In this document: positions 1 to 13,688 of the stretch, piece by piece
Numbering within the stretch: the first letter of the stretch is position 1
How the letters are laid out: every line of letters starts with the position of its first letter
Origin: the human T2T-CHM13v2.0 reference genome, Homo sapiens
DNA length: 64,000 bases
Reading direction: 5' to 3' (one strand)
NCBI RefSeq assembly: GCF_009914755.1
Contig: NC_060927.1
Notes under the pieces: generated by a model
The model's input: only the letters and a program-made list of their open reading frames with translations
Told to the model about the DNA's origin: nothing
Databases searched by the model: none
Program-made: the position numbers and the translations under genes

Positions 1-1455
1 TTACATTCAACCCCAAAAGACTTTGCCATGACACATTATAATAAAACTGTCAGTAAATCAAAGACACAGCGAATTTTGAAAGCAGCAAAAGAAAAAAAAC
101 ATATACATGGGAACCTCACTGAAGCTATCAGTATATTTCTCAACAGAAACCTTGCAGGCCAGAAAATAATAGAATTATATATTTAAGATGCTGAAATAAA
201 AAGCAAAAAAAAAAAAAAAACCTACCAACCAAGGGTACTTTACCTGGCAAAGTTATTCTTCAGAAATTAAGGAGAAACAAACACTTTCTCAGACAAACAA
301 AAGCTTAGGGAATTCATCACCACTAGACCTGCCTTACAGTAAATGATAAGGGGAGTTTTTCAAGCTGAAACAAAAGGATGCTCCTTGTTAATACAAAATC
401 ATATGAAGGTATGAAACTCACAGGTAAAAATCAGTAAATATTCAAATTCAAAATATTCAAATACTGCTAAGATGACATGTAAATCACTTATAATTCTAAA
501 GGCTAAAAGACAAAAGTATTAAAATCATTATAGCTAAAATGACTTGTTAATGTATGTACAATATAAAAACATAAATTGTGGCACAAAAATATAAAATGGG
601 AATAAAAGTGCAAAGCTTTTATGTGCATTTCATGTTATTTTTATCAGCTTAAAATAGACTGGTACAACCATAATATGTTTTATAATATGTAAGCCTCAGT
701 AACCACAAAGCAAAAGCCTGAGTAGATACACAAAAAAATAAAGAGAAAGGAATCAAAGCATACCACTACAGAAAATTATCAAGTCACAAAAGAAGACAGC
801 AAAAGAGAAAGAAAGGAACAGAAGATCAACAAAACAACCAGCAAAGGTTGACAAAATGGAGATATTAAGTCTTGACCTATCAATAATTACTTTAAATGTA
901 AATGGACTAAATGCATCTATCAAAAGGCATAGAGTGGATCAAACAAGACCCAACTATATGATGCCTATAAGAGATTCACTTCACTTTTAAGGACGTGAAA
1001 ATAATAAAAGTGAAGGTACGATAAAAGATTTTGTGCAAATGGAAACCAAAAGAGATCAAGGGTAGCTATACTTATATCAAACAAAATAGGCTTTAAGTCA
1101 AAAACTGCAAAAAGAGACAAAGAAGGTCATTATATGATAATAAAAAAAGTAAATTCATCAAGAAGATACAGCAATTGTAAGTGCATATGTACCCAACGCT
1201 AGAGCGTGTAAATATATAAAGTAAATATGAACAAATCTGAAGGGAGAAATAGACAACAATACAAGAATAGTAAGAAACTACTTTCAACAATGGATAGAGT
1301 ATCAAGACATAAAATCAATAAGGAAACACTGGATTTGAACTGTTATACTTTAGATGAAATGGACATAGCAGACATATGCAGAACATTTTATCAAACAGCA
1401 GCAGAATATACAGTACACATGGAACATTCTCCAGGAAGATCACATATTAGGTCAT

Positions 1456-2445
1456 TGTTTTCAATGAAACTCTTCAAGTTTCTCTACCAAGCTAGCTGGT
1501 ATCTACTGTGCCCAGCAACCACCAGAAGCTCAGACAAAAGAACATCAGCAGGGGAATTCACCCATAAGGATCCCTTCGAGGCAGCCTTGCCATTAGAAAT
1601 TAGGCTGTGGGCACAGCTTCAATGATACAACCATAGTGTGAAAGTTTAAAAGGTTTTAGTACGTACAGATTCTGGGAATACATGGCATGCCTACAGGCCA
1701 CACAGAGAACAGGAAGTGCAGGCTGGTAGAGAAAAACAGACCAATGGGCCTATGTTTTTACTGAGTTCAAAGCATTAATTAAACAGATTTTCCACGGGGA
1801 GATTTGTTTTTGTTTTTGTTTTTTGAGACAGAGTTTCACTCTTGTTGTCCATGCTGGAGTTGCAATGGTGCAATCTAGGCTCACCATAACCTCTGCCTCC
1901 CGGGTTCAAGTGATTCACCTGCCTCAGCCTCCCGAGTAGCTGGGATTAACAGCATGCGCCACAACACCTGATTAATTTTGTATTTTTAGTGGAGATGGGG
2001 TTTCTCCATGTTGGTCAGCCTGGTCTTAAACTCCTGACCTCAGGTGATCCGCCCACCTCAACCTCCCAAAGCACTGGGATTACAGGTGTGAGCCACCACA
2101 CCCAGCCCCATGGGGAGTTTTAATTGTTGGCTTTAAAACAAGCAGGCATGAGTTCTAGGAGGTCACATGTTCACTGAAAGGTAGTCACTGTGGCATATCT
2201 GAACAGTCCATGCAGAGTATGAGGGGCAGCAGGACCAGGCAAGTAGTCTGTATCTAGCTGTCCCATAGGGAACTGGTCACCAGGAGGCTATTGTATAAGG
2301 CAGTTGTTTGAATTAGCCACACAGAGAAACTTGGAGAACTGGAAGCTGTGTTAAGAGTGACTGAGTCCTGCTTCTGGTGTGGGGAAGTCCAACTAATATT
2401 CAAAATGAATGCCAAGGTAACATAAAATTGTAAGCATTCACTATA
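1456..2445 (-). mobile_element. Solo ERVL-class LTR (MER54-like) inserted in the L1 endonuclease region
   Basis: Non-L1 block starting TG at 1456, flanked by a near-perfect 5-bp TSD gtcat (1451-1455) / gccat (2446-2450). L1 resumes in register afterwards. Minus-strand start t(a/g)tagtgaatgcttacaattttatgttacc resembles MER54 as I recall it. Confidence 0.65.
1803..2107 (-). mobile_element. Alu (AluSp-like) nested in the LTR
   Basis: Full dimer; diagnostic gtttctccatgttggtcag; TSD ccacggggaga / ccatggggagt. Confidence 0.93.
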
Positions 2446-4251
2446 GCCATTAAGTCTTACATTTAAGATTTAAATCATATAAAATTTTTTTCTCAACCAT
2501 GACGGTATGAAACTAGAAATCAATAGCAGGACAAAAAGCTAGAAAATTCACAAATATGTGAAATTAAATAACGTGGTTCTGAACAACAAATGGGTCAAAG
2601 AAGAAATCAAAAGGAAAATATCTTGAGGCAAATGAAAATGAAATCACAATATGTCAAAACTTTTCGGATGTAGGAAAGGCCATTTTAAAAGGGAATGATA
2701 TAGGAATAAATAGAAATAAATGCCTAAATTTTAAAAGAAGAAAGATCTCAAATAAAAAACCTAATGTTATACGTCAAGGAACTAGAACAAGAACAAACTA
2801 AACCCTAAATTAGTAAAAGGAAAGAAATAACAAAGATTAGAACAGAAATAATGGAAATAAACACTAGAAGACCGTATAAAAGATCAATGACACCAAGTTT
2901 GTTTTTTTAAATAGATAAACTAATTGATAAACCTTTACCTAGGCTAAGAAAAAAACAGAGACAAGACTCAAATAGATGAAATCAGAAATGAAAGAGAAGA
3001 CATTACAACTGATACCACTGAAATAATTTTCAAAGGATGGTAAGAGACTGCTAAGAACACTTTTATACCAACAAATTGTATAACCTAGGAAAAATAGATA
3101 AGTTCCTAAGGACATGCAACCTTCCAAGACAGAATAATAAGGAAATGAGAATCTGAACAGACCAATAATGAGTAGGAAGACTGAATTCATAATAATAGTT
3201 TTTTTAAATATCCCATCAAAGAAAATCCCAGGATCTGATGGCTTCACAGCTGAATTCTACCCAACATTGAAAGAACTAATACCAGTCCTTCTCAAACTTT
3301 CAAAACACTGAAGAGGAGGGAACACTTTCAAACTCATTTTATTAGGCTGGCATTACCCTGACATCAAAGTCAGACAAAGACAGTTCAAGAAAAGAAAATT
3401 ACAGGCCAATATTTCTGATGAGCATAGATGCAAAAATAGTCCTCAACAAAATACTAGCAAACCAAATTCAACAGCACATTAAAAGGATCATACACCATGA
3501 TTAAGTGGGACTTAGCCCTGGGATGCAAAGAAAGTTCAACATACACAAATCAGTAAATGTGATATACTACATTAACATAATGAAGGACAAAGATCATATG
3601 ATATCTCAATAGATACAGAAAAAGCATTTCACAAAATTCATCCTTTCATGATAAAAATTCTCAACAAATAATGTATAGAAGGAATGTCTTCAACACAATA
3701 AAGACTGTATATTACAAGGCCACAGCAAACATCATACTCCACGGTGAAAAGTTTAAAGCTTTTTTCTCTAATGTAAGGAATTAGACAAAGATGCTCACTC
3801 TTGACACTTTTATTCAACATAGTACTGAAAGTTCTATCCAGATCAATTAAGGAAGAAAAAGAAATAAAATGTACTCACATCAGAAAGGAATAAGTAAAAT
3901 TGTCTGTTTGCAGATTACATGATTTTACATAGAGAAAACCCCAAAGACCCCACCAAAGACTGCTGTAACTAATAAATAAATTCAGTAAAGTTGCAGGATA
4001 AAAAAGCAACACACAAAAATTATTTTCATTTTTGTACACTAACAACAAACTATCCAAAAAAATTTTTAAAAATGCATTTACAATAGCATCAAAAGAAATA
4101 AAATACTTAGAAATAATTTAACTAAGGAGGTGAAATATCTGTACACAGAAAACTATAAAACATTGATGAAAGAAAACGTAGAAGACACAAATAAATTACA
4201 AGATATTCCATGTTTATGGATTGGAAGAATCAATATTGTTAAAATGTTCTA

Positions 4252-4528
4252 CTCAGGAATTGAAAGCCAAATACTGCACATTTTCACTTATAAATGGGAG
4301 CTAAGCTATGGGTATGCAAAGGCATACAGAGTGATATAATGCACATTGGAGACTCAGAAGGAAAAGGATGAGAAGTGGGAAGGGATAAAAAAAACTACCC
4401 ATTGGGAACAATGTACACTACTTGGATGATAGGTGCACTAATATCCTAGACTTCACCACTATACAATTTATGTAAAAACCCACTTGTACCCCTAAAACTA
4501 TTAAAATAAAAAAATTTAAAAATCTAAT
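4252..4528 (+). mobile_element. 5'-truncated L1PB-like 3' end inserted into the older L1 ORF2
   Basis: L1PB 3' UTR (gggagctaagctatgggtatgcaaaggcatacagag) with A-rich tail. Target tt/aaaa, TSD aaaatgttcta (4241-4251) / aaaatgtcta (4529-4538). Confidence 0.82.
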
Positions 4529-6167
4529 AAAATGTCTATACTACCCAAAGCAAGATAGAGACTCAATGCAATCTCTATCAAAATTACAATGGCAGTTTTC
4601 ATAGTAACAGAAGATACAATCCTAAAATTCATATAGAAGCACAAAAGACCTCAAATAGCTAAAGCAACCTTGAGCAAGAAGAACAAACCTGGAGGTATTA
4701 CATTTCCTGATTTCAAACTATAAAACTATATTGCAAAGCTATAGTAATAAAATCAGTATGTAGCTGTCATAAAAACAGACACATAGACCAATGGAGCAGA
4801 ATAGAGAACCCAGAAATAAATTCACACATATATAGTTAGCTAATTTTCACCAAAGCCACCAAGAATACACAATGGAAAAGAATAGACTTGTGAATAAATA
4901 GTACTGAAAAAAACTGGATATCCACAAGCAAAACAAAGCAAAATTGGACCCTTCTGTTACACCATACACAAAAATAAATTCAAAATGGATTAGAGACTTA
5001 CACATAAGACCTGAAACTATAAAAACCCTAGAAGAAAATACAGGGAGAAGGCTCCTTGGCATTGGTAGTGGCAACAATTTTTTAATTTGATAGCAAAAGC
5101 ATAGGCAACAAAAGCAAAATGAAATGAGTGGCACAATATCAAACTAAAAAGCTCTGCATAGTGAAGAAAGCATTCAACAAAATGCAGAGGCAACCTACAG
5201 AATGGGAAAATTATTGGTAGACCATATATGCAATAAAGTTATCCAAAATATATGAGGAACTCATATAACACAAAATAGCAAAAAAAAAAAAAAAAAAAAA
5301 AAAACAAACTGATTTTAAAATGTGCAAAGGACCTGAACGGACATTTTTCCAAAGAAGATACACATATAAATGGTCGACGTGCATACAAAAAGATGTTCAA
5401 TGTCACTAACTACCAGTAAAATGCAAATCAAACCCTCAATGAGCTATCACCTCACAATTATTAGGATGACTACTGTCAAAAAGTCCATGAGGAGAAGCAT
5501 TGGTGAAGATGTGAAGAAAAGGGATTCCTTGTAGACTGTTGGTGAAAATGTAAATTGGTACAGCTATTACGGAAAACATCATGAATGTACCTCAAAAAAT
5601 TATGAATAGAACTACCATAGGTTCAGCAATTCCACTTTGGGGTATGTATCCATAGGGGGAAAATAATCCAGTATCTTGAAGAGATAGTTGCACTCCCATA
5701 TTTATTGCAGCATTATTCACAATAGCAAAGATGCAGAAACAACCTAAGTGACTGTTGACAGATGAATGGATAAAAAATATGTGGGAGATACAAACATACA
5801 ATGGAATATTACTCAGCGTTAAAAAAGAAGGAAATCCTGCCGTTTGCAACAACTTGGATGAACCCGAAGGACGTTATGCTAAGTGAAATATCCCAGACAC
5901 AGAAATACAAATGCCTCATGATATCACTTGTATGTGAAATCTTAAAAGGTTGAACTCACAGAAATAGAGAGTAGAATGGTGGTTGCCAGGGTTTAGGGAG
6001 GGAGTGGAGGAAAAGAGAAGGTATTGATCATAGCATATAAACTTTAGTTATTAATATAAGATGAATAAATACTGGAGAATGTACAGCAGGGTGACTATAG
6101 CTAATAGTAATGCATTATATACTTGAAATTTGCTGAGAGTAGATCTCAACTGAGCTCACCACACACA

Positions 6168-6188
6168 CACAAACACACACACACACAC
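6168..6188 (+). repeat. (CA)n tract inside the L1 3' UTR
   Basis: Interrupted CA run at about 6160-6188. Confidence 0.75.
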
Positions 6189-6749
6189 AAGAAAGGTAAC
6201 TATGTGACATGATGCATATGTTAAATAGCTTGATCATGGTAGTTATTTAGTAATGTATACATATATTAAAACATCACATTGTATACCCCAAATATATACA
6301 ATTTTTATTTGTCAGTCATACCTCCATAAAGCTGGAAAAAAATCCTGCAAGTTGGTGGACCCCACACTTGCATCTACCACTCGTATGTGTGTGTCTGTGT
6401 GGTCTTTGACAAGTTACTTGAACTTTGTCTCAGACCCTCACCAGTAAAATGGAAATTGAATATTGTACCGGTGCAGTGTGATTGTTATCTGAACTGATGC
6501 CAAAAAAATACTGGAGCCTCTGGCACAAGCCAGCCACTCAGCCATGTTAGAGAATGACAGTGGAGGGAGCGGTAGGCTCTCAACGACACCCAGTTACCAA
6601 TTGGCAGATTTTCTACTTTTCAAGCAATTGTTTGGTCTTCATGCAGCCTCAGCTGGGCTCTCTCTTTGACAGAAGGCTGCCCTAGTGAATAACAGGATTC
6701 ATGCTTCTGAGCCAAATGTATCCTAAAGACTGCTCATTCTTAAAGTGAA

Positions 6750-7300
6750 TGAAAATGCTTATTTCCCATATGAATGGAAAAGTGTTATATGCCTTGTGTG
6801 GGAAATTTGGAAAGCACAGAGAAGTATGAAGTCACCCATAATCCTGCCAAAGTAACCATTATTAACAGTTAACCATTAAATCATTGTTTGCCAAATTTTC
6901 AATAGTTTTTCTGTAAAGTTTTTAAACAAAATTAGGGCCGCAATGTCCTTGCATTTGTCTGTCCTCCCTTTTTTCACTTAACATTTAACTATATGTATTT
7001 TCCCCATCTTTAAACGTTCTTTATAATCACCACTTTTACTACTGAACAACAATCCATCTTATGCATAGACATTATACTTAGCTCTTCCCTTATAGTGTCA
7101 GGCTATTTTTCAGTGCAATAAATACTAGATGAACATATTTGTACATGTATCTGCAATTGTATCATTTTTCCAGAATCAATTTTTAGAGGAGGAATTGCAC
7201 TCCCAAAAGGTATAAGCAATTTCAAACTGACTAGCATATATTGCCAAGTAGCTTTCCAGATAGGTTGTTCCCATTTAAATTCTACTAGAAGAGTGTTGGT
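6750..7300 (-). mobile_element. Ancient L1 (L1ME-like) 3' fragment
   Basis: Degenerate motifs gaaaagtatgaa..cccataatcc..ttaacagt, ttttttcacttaacatt and ggaattgc..caaaaggtata; approximate boundaries. Confidence 0.45.
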
Positions 7301-8284
7301 CAGTATGTCTGTTTTATCCCCTCAGCCCCCACTCTCCGAGTTTAAAAAAAAATACCTAAACTAATGTGTAAGGTAGGGACTGGTTGTTCTTTGAAGGTGA
7401 ATTTTTCAAGTTCCTTTGGAGAAATAGCTCCAGGGACTTATGTTCACCATGGTTAACTGTGGGATTAGGTCTCCTGAGAAGACCGTGATAGAAAAATCAT
7501 TCAAATATGGGAGAAAAAGATACAGTTGTAACAGAAGCAAAACAGGTGACTTTTCTGAGCTTTCAAAAAATTTTAAATGTGTATCTTATTGAAATATGAC
7601 CTTCTCCCATGCAACAATTCATCACAATACTATACCCTCAGTTTTTAGCTAATGCTTCAAATTCTGTGCTTTGAAACTCATTTTCACATGCACAAATTTG
7701 GTGGTGGTGGAGAAGGTAAATTAGTTTCTCAGACACTTTCATTAAGACTTGTTATGGAAGTAGACCTGCAACAAATTGAGCCAAGGATTCAGCTTGTGTG
7801 TTTATTTTTCTACCACAATCAATAGTGTTTGGTCTGCTTAATGTTGTACACATTGTAAACTCTGAGCCTTCCTTTTGTAAGAGGAGTATCTTTTGAGGGC
7901 CATTTAATTTTAAAGAAAGTTAATTTTTTTTTTCAAAATTCAATGTGATGTTGTGAAAATATACTTCTCATGGTTATATTAAAGTGCTTCCACCTGACAG
8001 AATTCCTCCCCTGTGACAACTATAACCACATATAAGTTTGAGTGTTACCAACCAATACTGAGCCATTCCAGACCTGTGCAAGCCCTCAGAACTGAGAGGG
8101 AAACAATAATTGAGGAGAAATGAAAGGGATTCCGAACACCAGCCACTAAGCTAGAAACACATCAAACACGTTTTTATTGAGATATTTTTGACTGACTTTG
8201 TTAACTAAATTCTATCTCTAATTGGTGGATGAAGCTGTATTGTTAGAAGTAGTCCAGAGAAGATAGCAGAATAGATTATTCTAG

Positions 8285-8606
<322 letters not shown>

Positions 8607-8991
8607 GATTATTCTAATTATTGATCCAGTGTCTTGGGCAACTTCGTATTCCCTCCTGGACATCAGTCAGCATCCAGGACAAGTTACTTGAACTTTGTCT
8701 CAGACCCTCACCTTCCCATTTCCTGCTCCTTCCACCCTCACATAGATTCACATGTGCAGCACCTGCTCATGGCCTGGGTACCAATACTCTTTCACTAATA
8801 TTGTGTAATTGGTGGACCTTTTTTTTAAAAAAAAATCTTTCAAGCATTATTTGACTTTTCTAATTTTCCAAGCTTTCTTGTTTCATTCCATGTTCTCTCA
8901 ATATGCATAAACAATACATAGCAGTTAGAAGAAAGCTCATTTAGGCAATTTTTCTTTAGTTTTGATGAAATATAAAAATATACCTGAGTCA

Positions 8992-9273
8992 GGCTGGGCA
9001 TGTTGGCTCACACCTGTAATCCCAGCACTTTGGGAGGATGAGGCAGGTGGATCACCTGAGATCACGAGTTCGAGACCAGCCTGGCCAACATGGTGAAACC
9101 CCATCTCTACAAAAAACACAAAAATTAGCCAGGCGTGGTGGCACATACCTATAGTCCCAGTACTTGGGAGGCTGAGGCGGGAGAATCACTTGAACCCAGG
9201 AGGTGAAAGATTGCAGGGAGCCGAGATCATGCCACTGAACTCCAGCCTGGGTGACAGAGCCAGACTCTGTCTC

Positions 9274-9291
<18 letters not shown>
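8992..9291 (+). mobile_element. Alu (AluSx-like)
   Basis: ggctgggcatgttggctcacacctgtaatcccagc through to an A tail that runs into a microsatellite. Confidence 0.95.
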
Positions 9292-9329
<38 letters not shown>

Positions 9330-9477
9330 TATATATGTATATACATGTGTATATATATGTGTGTGTATATATATATACATATATATGTATATGTATATAC
9401 GTATATATACATATATATGTATATGTATATACGTGTATACGTGTATATACGTATATATGTGTATATATATATATATG
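9291..9477. repeat. Compound (TA)n/(CA)n/(TG)n microsatellite
   Basis: About 187 bp of uninterrupted alternating purine-pyrimidine sequence. Confidence 0.95.
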
Positions 9478-9509
9478 TCAGCCATTACCTCTTTGTTTAT
9501 TTTGTTGAT

Positions 9510-9839
<330 letters not shown>

Positions 9840-10729
9840 TAGTTTCTGGTAAACGATGATAACATTTGAGTTCTAATTTGCTGTCAACTCTGCCGCCAAA
9901 AAAAAAAAAAGTAGTAGGAATGAAATTATTCTCAGCAAAATATTTTAATCTCTTAGAATTTAAAGCTTAAAAGTATTAAATTCACTTTAGGTCTTTATTA
10001 GTTCTTTGGAACTAAAATTGTATTTCAGCAAAAATAATGAATTAACATTTTGCTCATTAATTACCAAATATTTATTTCAGAACTATAATATAAAACCCAC
10101 AGGAGCAAAAACACACAAACAACTCAGAAAAAAGTTACTTGGTCTCTCTTAGAGAAGAAAAATGTCTTCTTCGGGGCGAAAAGTGTGTTATTCTATGTCG
10201 CTTTCAGAAGGGAGGTCACACGTTTTCTTATTGATTTTACTTCCTATTTGGTAGCAAAAATAATGTGAGATGAGGCAGTGAACATTCCTGGCGACAAGCC
10301 CAGATGTTAAAAAATATGTGTCAGGACATTTTCTGAATTCCATCTTTTTCCCAGAGATATCCTTGCAGATGAATGGTCTTTGCCCTACATCAGGGACACA
10401 ATCACACGGCTGTACTTCAGGAGGAAGTCTTCTGGCAGCCCATTACTTATAAACACAAGCCAGCTGGATTCCAGGCGTGTGCTCGAAATTCCCTGGCAGT
10501 CCTATTGGCAGCTAGGTGGCTTCAGCCAGTGGGTTCCCAGGAATTTGCCACCAAAGCATAAGCACGCTACAAGTGGAGCCATGCTCCTGTTTGCCCTTGT
10601 TTTTACAAAGAGATAAGGAAAAGGGTCACTTTCTTCCTGTGAAGGTGGGTGGAGTGGAGAAGAGATTTGGGAGAAGTACAAGTGCAGTTAAATTGACCTG
10701 AAATGCTTTTGAACATCTCTGTTCCTCAG

Positions 10730-10879
10730 GCAACATCAGGAACACTGAGAAGCTGAGCTATGACAAACAACACCAGTATGAGATCCTGGTGACCGCCTAC
10801 GACTGTGGACAGAAGCCCGCTGCTCAGGACACCCTGGTGCAGGTGGATGTGAAGCCAGTTTGCAAGCCTGGCTGGCAAG
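10730..10879 (+). CDS. CLSTN2: Calsyntenin-2 internal coding exon (likely exon 5), 150 nt, phase 1-1; end of cadherin repeat 2
   Basis: Acceptor ctctgttcctcAG, donor AAG|GTgggc. Translates (G)NIRNTEKLSYDKQHQYEILVTAYDCGQKPAAQDTLVQVDVKPVCKPGWQ, with cadherin-type L-x-Y-D/E and A-x-D-x-G motifs, recognised as calsyntenin-2. In frame with the next exon. Confidence 0.96.
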
Positions 10880-11796
10880 GTGGGCCTGTTTTATCAGTCT
10901 TGTGTGAAGGCAGCATGGTCTGATGTATAGAAGGTGGTGTACTTGTCCTCAAATCATCACAACACATAACTTTTTTAAGTACAGTCACTTTGCTGTGAGA
11001 AATAAAGTAGCTTGCTTATTCTCACAACTCTTAGGTGATATATTATCCCCATTTTTCAGCTGAGAATGTCGAAGACATCTCCTCTAACCTCATGTGCCCA
11101 GTTTGTCCAGTACTCCCTTTCTCCAATCTCATGACATCTTCGATCAATAGTAATTATCTCACAGCAATGTAGGAGAAATTGCCAGCAAGCCTATTCACTT
11201 TACCCTAGGGTGCTGGGTCTACCTGATGCATTTCAAGTTTTGCATCACGGATCAACACCTGGGGAAAGTCGTCATGTTCTTTGTGCTCACACAGAATGCA
11301 CACAGGCAGAGGCGGGAGACCCAGAATCCAGACTCTGGATTAGGGAATGTATAAAATGTTGACTCTGGGAATGAAGAAGCAATGGCTTTGGATGGAGGTG
11401 GATTTTTGTGTCAGTTTAGAGCTCTTAGAATGCAAAGGAAACTAAATGCTTAGGTCACCCTTAGATAACAGTTTATCACTGAACTGAGGGCAAGTAAGGA
11501 AGGTGAGGACAGCTGCATAGATGGACCTTACAGAGATTTGAGTGATTTGTGGAATAATAATAGCTTTAGTGGTGATGCCAATAGATCTGGTGGCTGAGCA
11601 GGGATTCTAGAATTATCTCTGCACCATTATTTTGGCTGCCCGATGACTCCCTCTCTCTACTTCATGTGTTGAAGATGCTGCAGGCTATTGCTTACTCATA
11701 ACTCATAAACTGCTTCATTTCTGTGTACTGCCTTCTCTTGGTGTGTCTTTAAGCTTCTGCCTCCCTCTTATATTCTCATATTTTCTCTCTTTCTTT

Positions 11797-11818
11797 CTCT
11801 CTCTCTCTCTCTCTCTCT
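11797..11818 (+). repeat. (CT)n microsatellite
   Basis: Direct reading. Confidence 0.85.
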
Positions 11819-12374
11819 GCTATCTTTGATTCTTAAATTCCCCAGAAAGAGTTGGTGTTAATCACTCACATCCCTGTAGGGAAGACTGATGCCAGACCAC
11901 CCTATAAATCTCTGGTCAGTCTTTGAATGACTGTCTTTTAGTCAGTTATTCATTCCTAATCCAATTCATCAGGGTCAGATTGGCAGGACATCATGGTACA
12001 AAGTAAGGACACCTGTTTCAGAAGCTGCCTGACATCATTCCCCTCAGAAGGCAGTTCTCAAAGCACTCCTCCCTTGCACAACTTGATCTCCCTAAAACTT
12101 AAAACTGAAAAGATCGGAAGGGGTAATTTAACCCACCTCTGGAGAGAGCCAGAGTTGTATGCCTTTGAACAAAGTAGAAAAGATGAAATGCTCAGTAAAG
12201 GAACCACAGGTAAGGCACATGAGAGGTAAAGAACAAAGCAGAGTCATCTTTGTGTCAGTCTGTTAGGATCAAGGAAGAGACATAGAAAGAAGGACAAGCC
12301 AGAGTGGGAAACTTTGTTTTCCCAACCTCAGGGAGCCTGAGCTCTGATTGGCTATAACACTAGACCCGAGGACC

Positions 12375-12500
12375 CTGCAGACAGAATTCTGTCTTGTTCA
12401 CCACTGAATTTCTCAAGCTTGGTGCAGTGTCTAGTGCCAATTGTGGGTGCTCAAGAAATAGTCATTGAATGAATGAATGAATAAATGAATGAATGAATGA
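12375..12500 (+). mobile_element. L2 3' end with (GAAT)n tail
   Basis: gtcttgttcaccactg..cagtgtcta..gtgctcaagaaata..tgaatgaatgaa. Confidence 0.7.
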
Positions 12501-13179
12501 AAGAAAAGGTATATGAGTTAAGAAGAACTCACCTTGTTTTGTTTTTAACTCATGAAGATTAGCTCCAATGAACGTGTGGCCTTTGAAGAGAAAACCTGGA
12601 AAGGATATATAAACTCTGTATGCATGAAATATGTTCACAATGAGAATTTAAGTAGGAAAAGCAAAACACACAGCTATGTCGGAAGAATAGTCCCAATGCT
12701 TCTTTGACTTTGACAAATGAGGCACCTACAGATGTGTGATTACATTTTTATTCCTAAATTTAAATATAATTTCCTAACAGAATTTGTACTTATTAAATGT
12801 ATGCAAGGAAAAACCTGGTCACAGTGTTTAACTCTACGAGTGAAGAATGTATTGAGCACCACCTTATAGCGCACACTGCTGTTTGCAGCTCTGGACAAAC
12901 CTTGTTGGGCAAGGCCGGTGCCCATCTCCTATTATGTCTCCAGTGCCCAGCACACTCCAGTGCCCAGCACAGAACCAGACATGAGGCAGGCATTTAGCAA
13001 GTGTTTAATGATGGAGAAATGGTCAGCAAAACTTTGGTTAAAAAAATGTACCTTTCTGTGGAATAAAGAAAGCAGGGAAGAGGCAATTCCCTGCATCCAT
13101 TCATAGTGTCGGGCACAGTGATTTAAACACATGTAACATCAGAATCAACTACTTCATAGTGGCTTCCCTGCCTTAGCTG

Positions 13180-13688
13180 TGTGGGATATGATGAGGTTTC
13201 TCTTCAAAGAGCCTAATCAATCCTTTATTCTTTAATTCATAGTACCCCCCACCACCCATTTTTTCTTTTTCTCTTTTTTCCTTCCTGCCTTTGCTACATG
13301 CCCAGACATGTCACAGTACCAGGCTTATCAGTACCAGCTCACATTCCTTTCCTTATTTGGAAAGAAGACTAGCTCTCTAGCTCATTGCAGACACCCCTTC
13401 CCCTTTTCCCCTCTCTCCCTTACGTGCCCACCCTATCTAAAGAAAGTTCAAATGTTTAGGCAACCGGGATTAGTTCAGATTGTGGGACCTGACCCTGGCC
13501 AATGGGGAAAGGGTACAGGGGCAGGACTTGCATCAGGAATAAAGGCTCTCCTGCCCCTTTGTTCAGGTGTGCTCTCATGGCGACTGGCCAAGGAGAAGCA
13601 CCCCTCTGCACAGAAGTAAAATTGCTTTGCTGAGGATCCTTTGTTTGAGTGTTCAATTTCCTTAGGATTTTGAGTGTTATTCCCAACA
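13180..13688 (+). mobile_element. Complete solo ERV1 LTR, LTR10-like (LTR10B-type), same orientation as CLSTN2
   Basis: TGTGGGATATGATGAGG...TTCCCAACA termini with a perfect 4-bp TSD gctg (13176-13179 / 13689-13692). CCAAT at 13499, AATAAA 13538-13543, AGTAAA 13615-13620. Family name from recall. Confidence 0.82.

Larger units (their letters stand above)
1..6342 (+). mobile_element. Old degenerate LINE-1 (L1MA8/9-like): end of ORF1, inter-ORF, ORF2 and 3' UTR, interrupted by younger insertions
   Basis: A-rich L1 sequence: ORF1 end (gaattcatcaccactagacctgcctta), endonuclease region (~870-1450), RT region (~3200-4250; ORF 4130 [23 protein letters not shown]) and an L1MA-type 3' UTR ending ataaagctggaaaaaaa. 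Many stops and frameshifts; begins before the window. Confidence 0.9.

Noticed and set aside
1227-1625. 132-aa ORF
   Set aside because: Decayed L1 ORF2 endonuclease fragment reading into the inserted LTR; not a gene.
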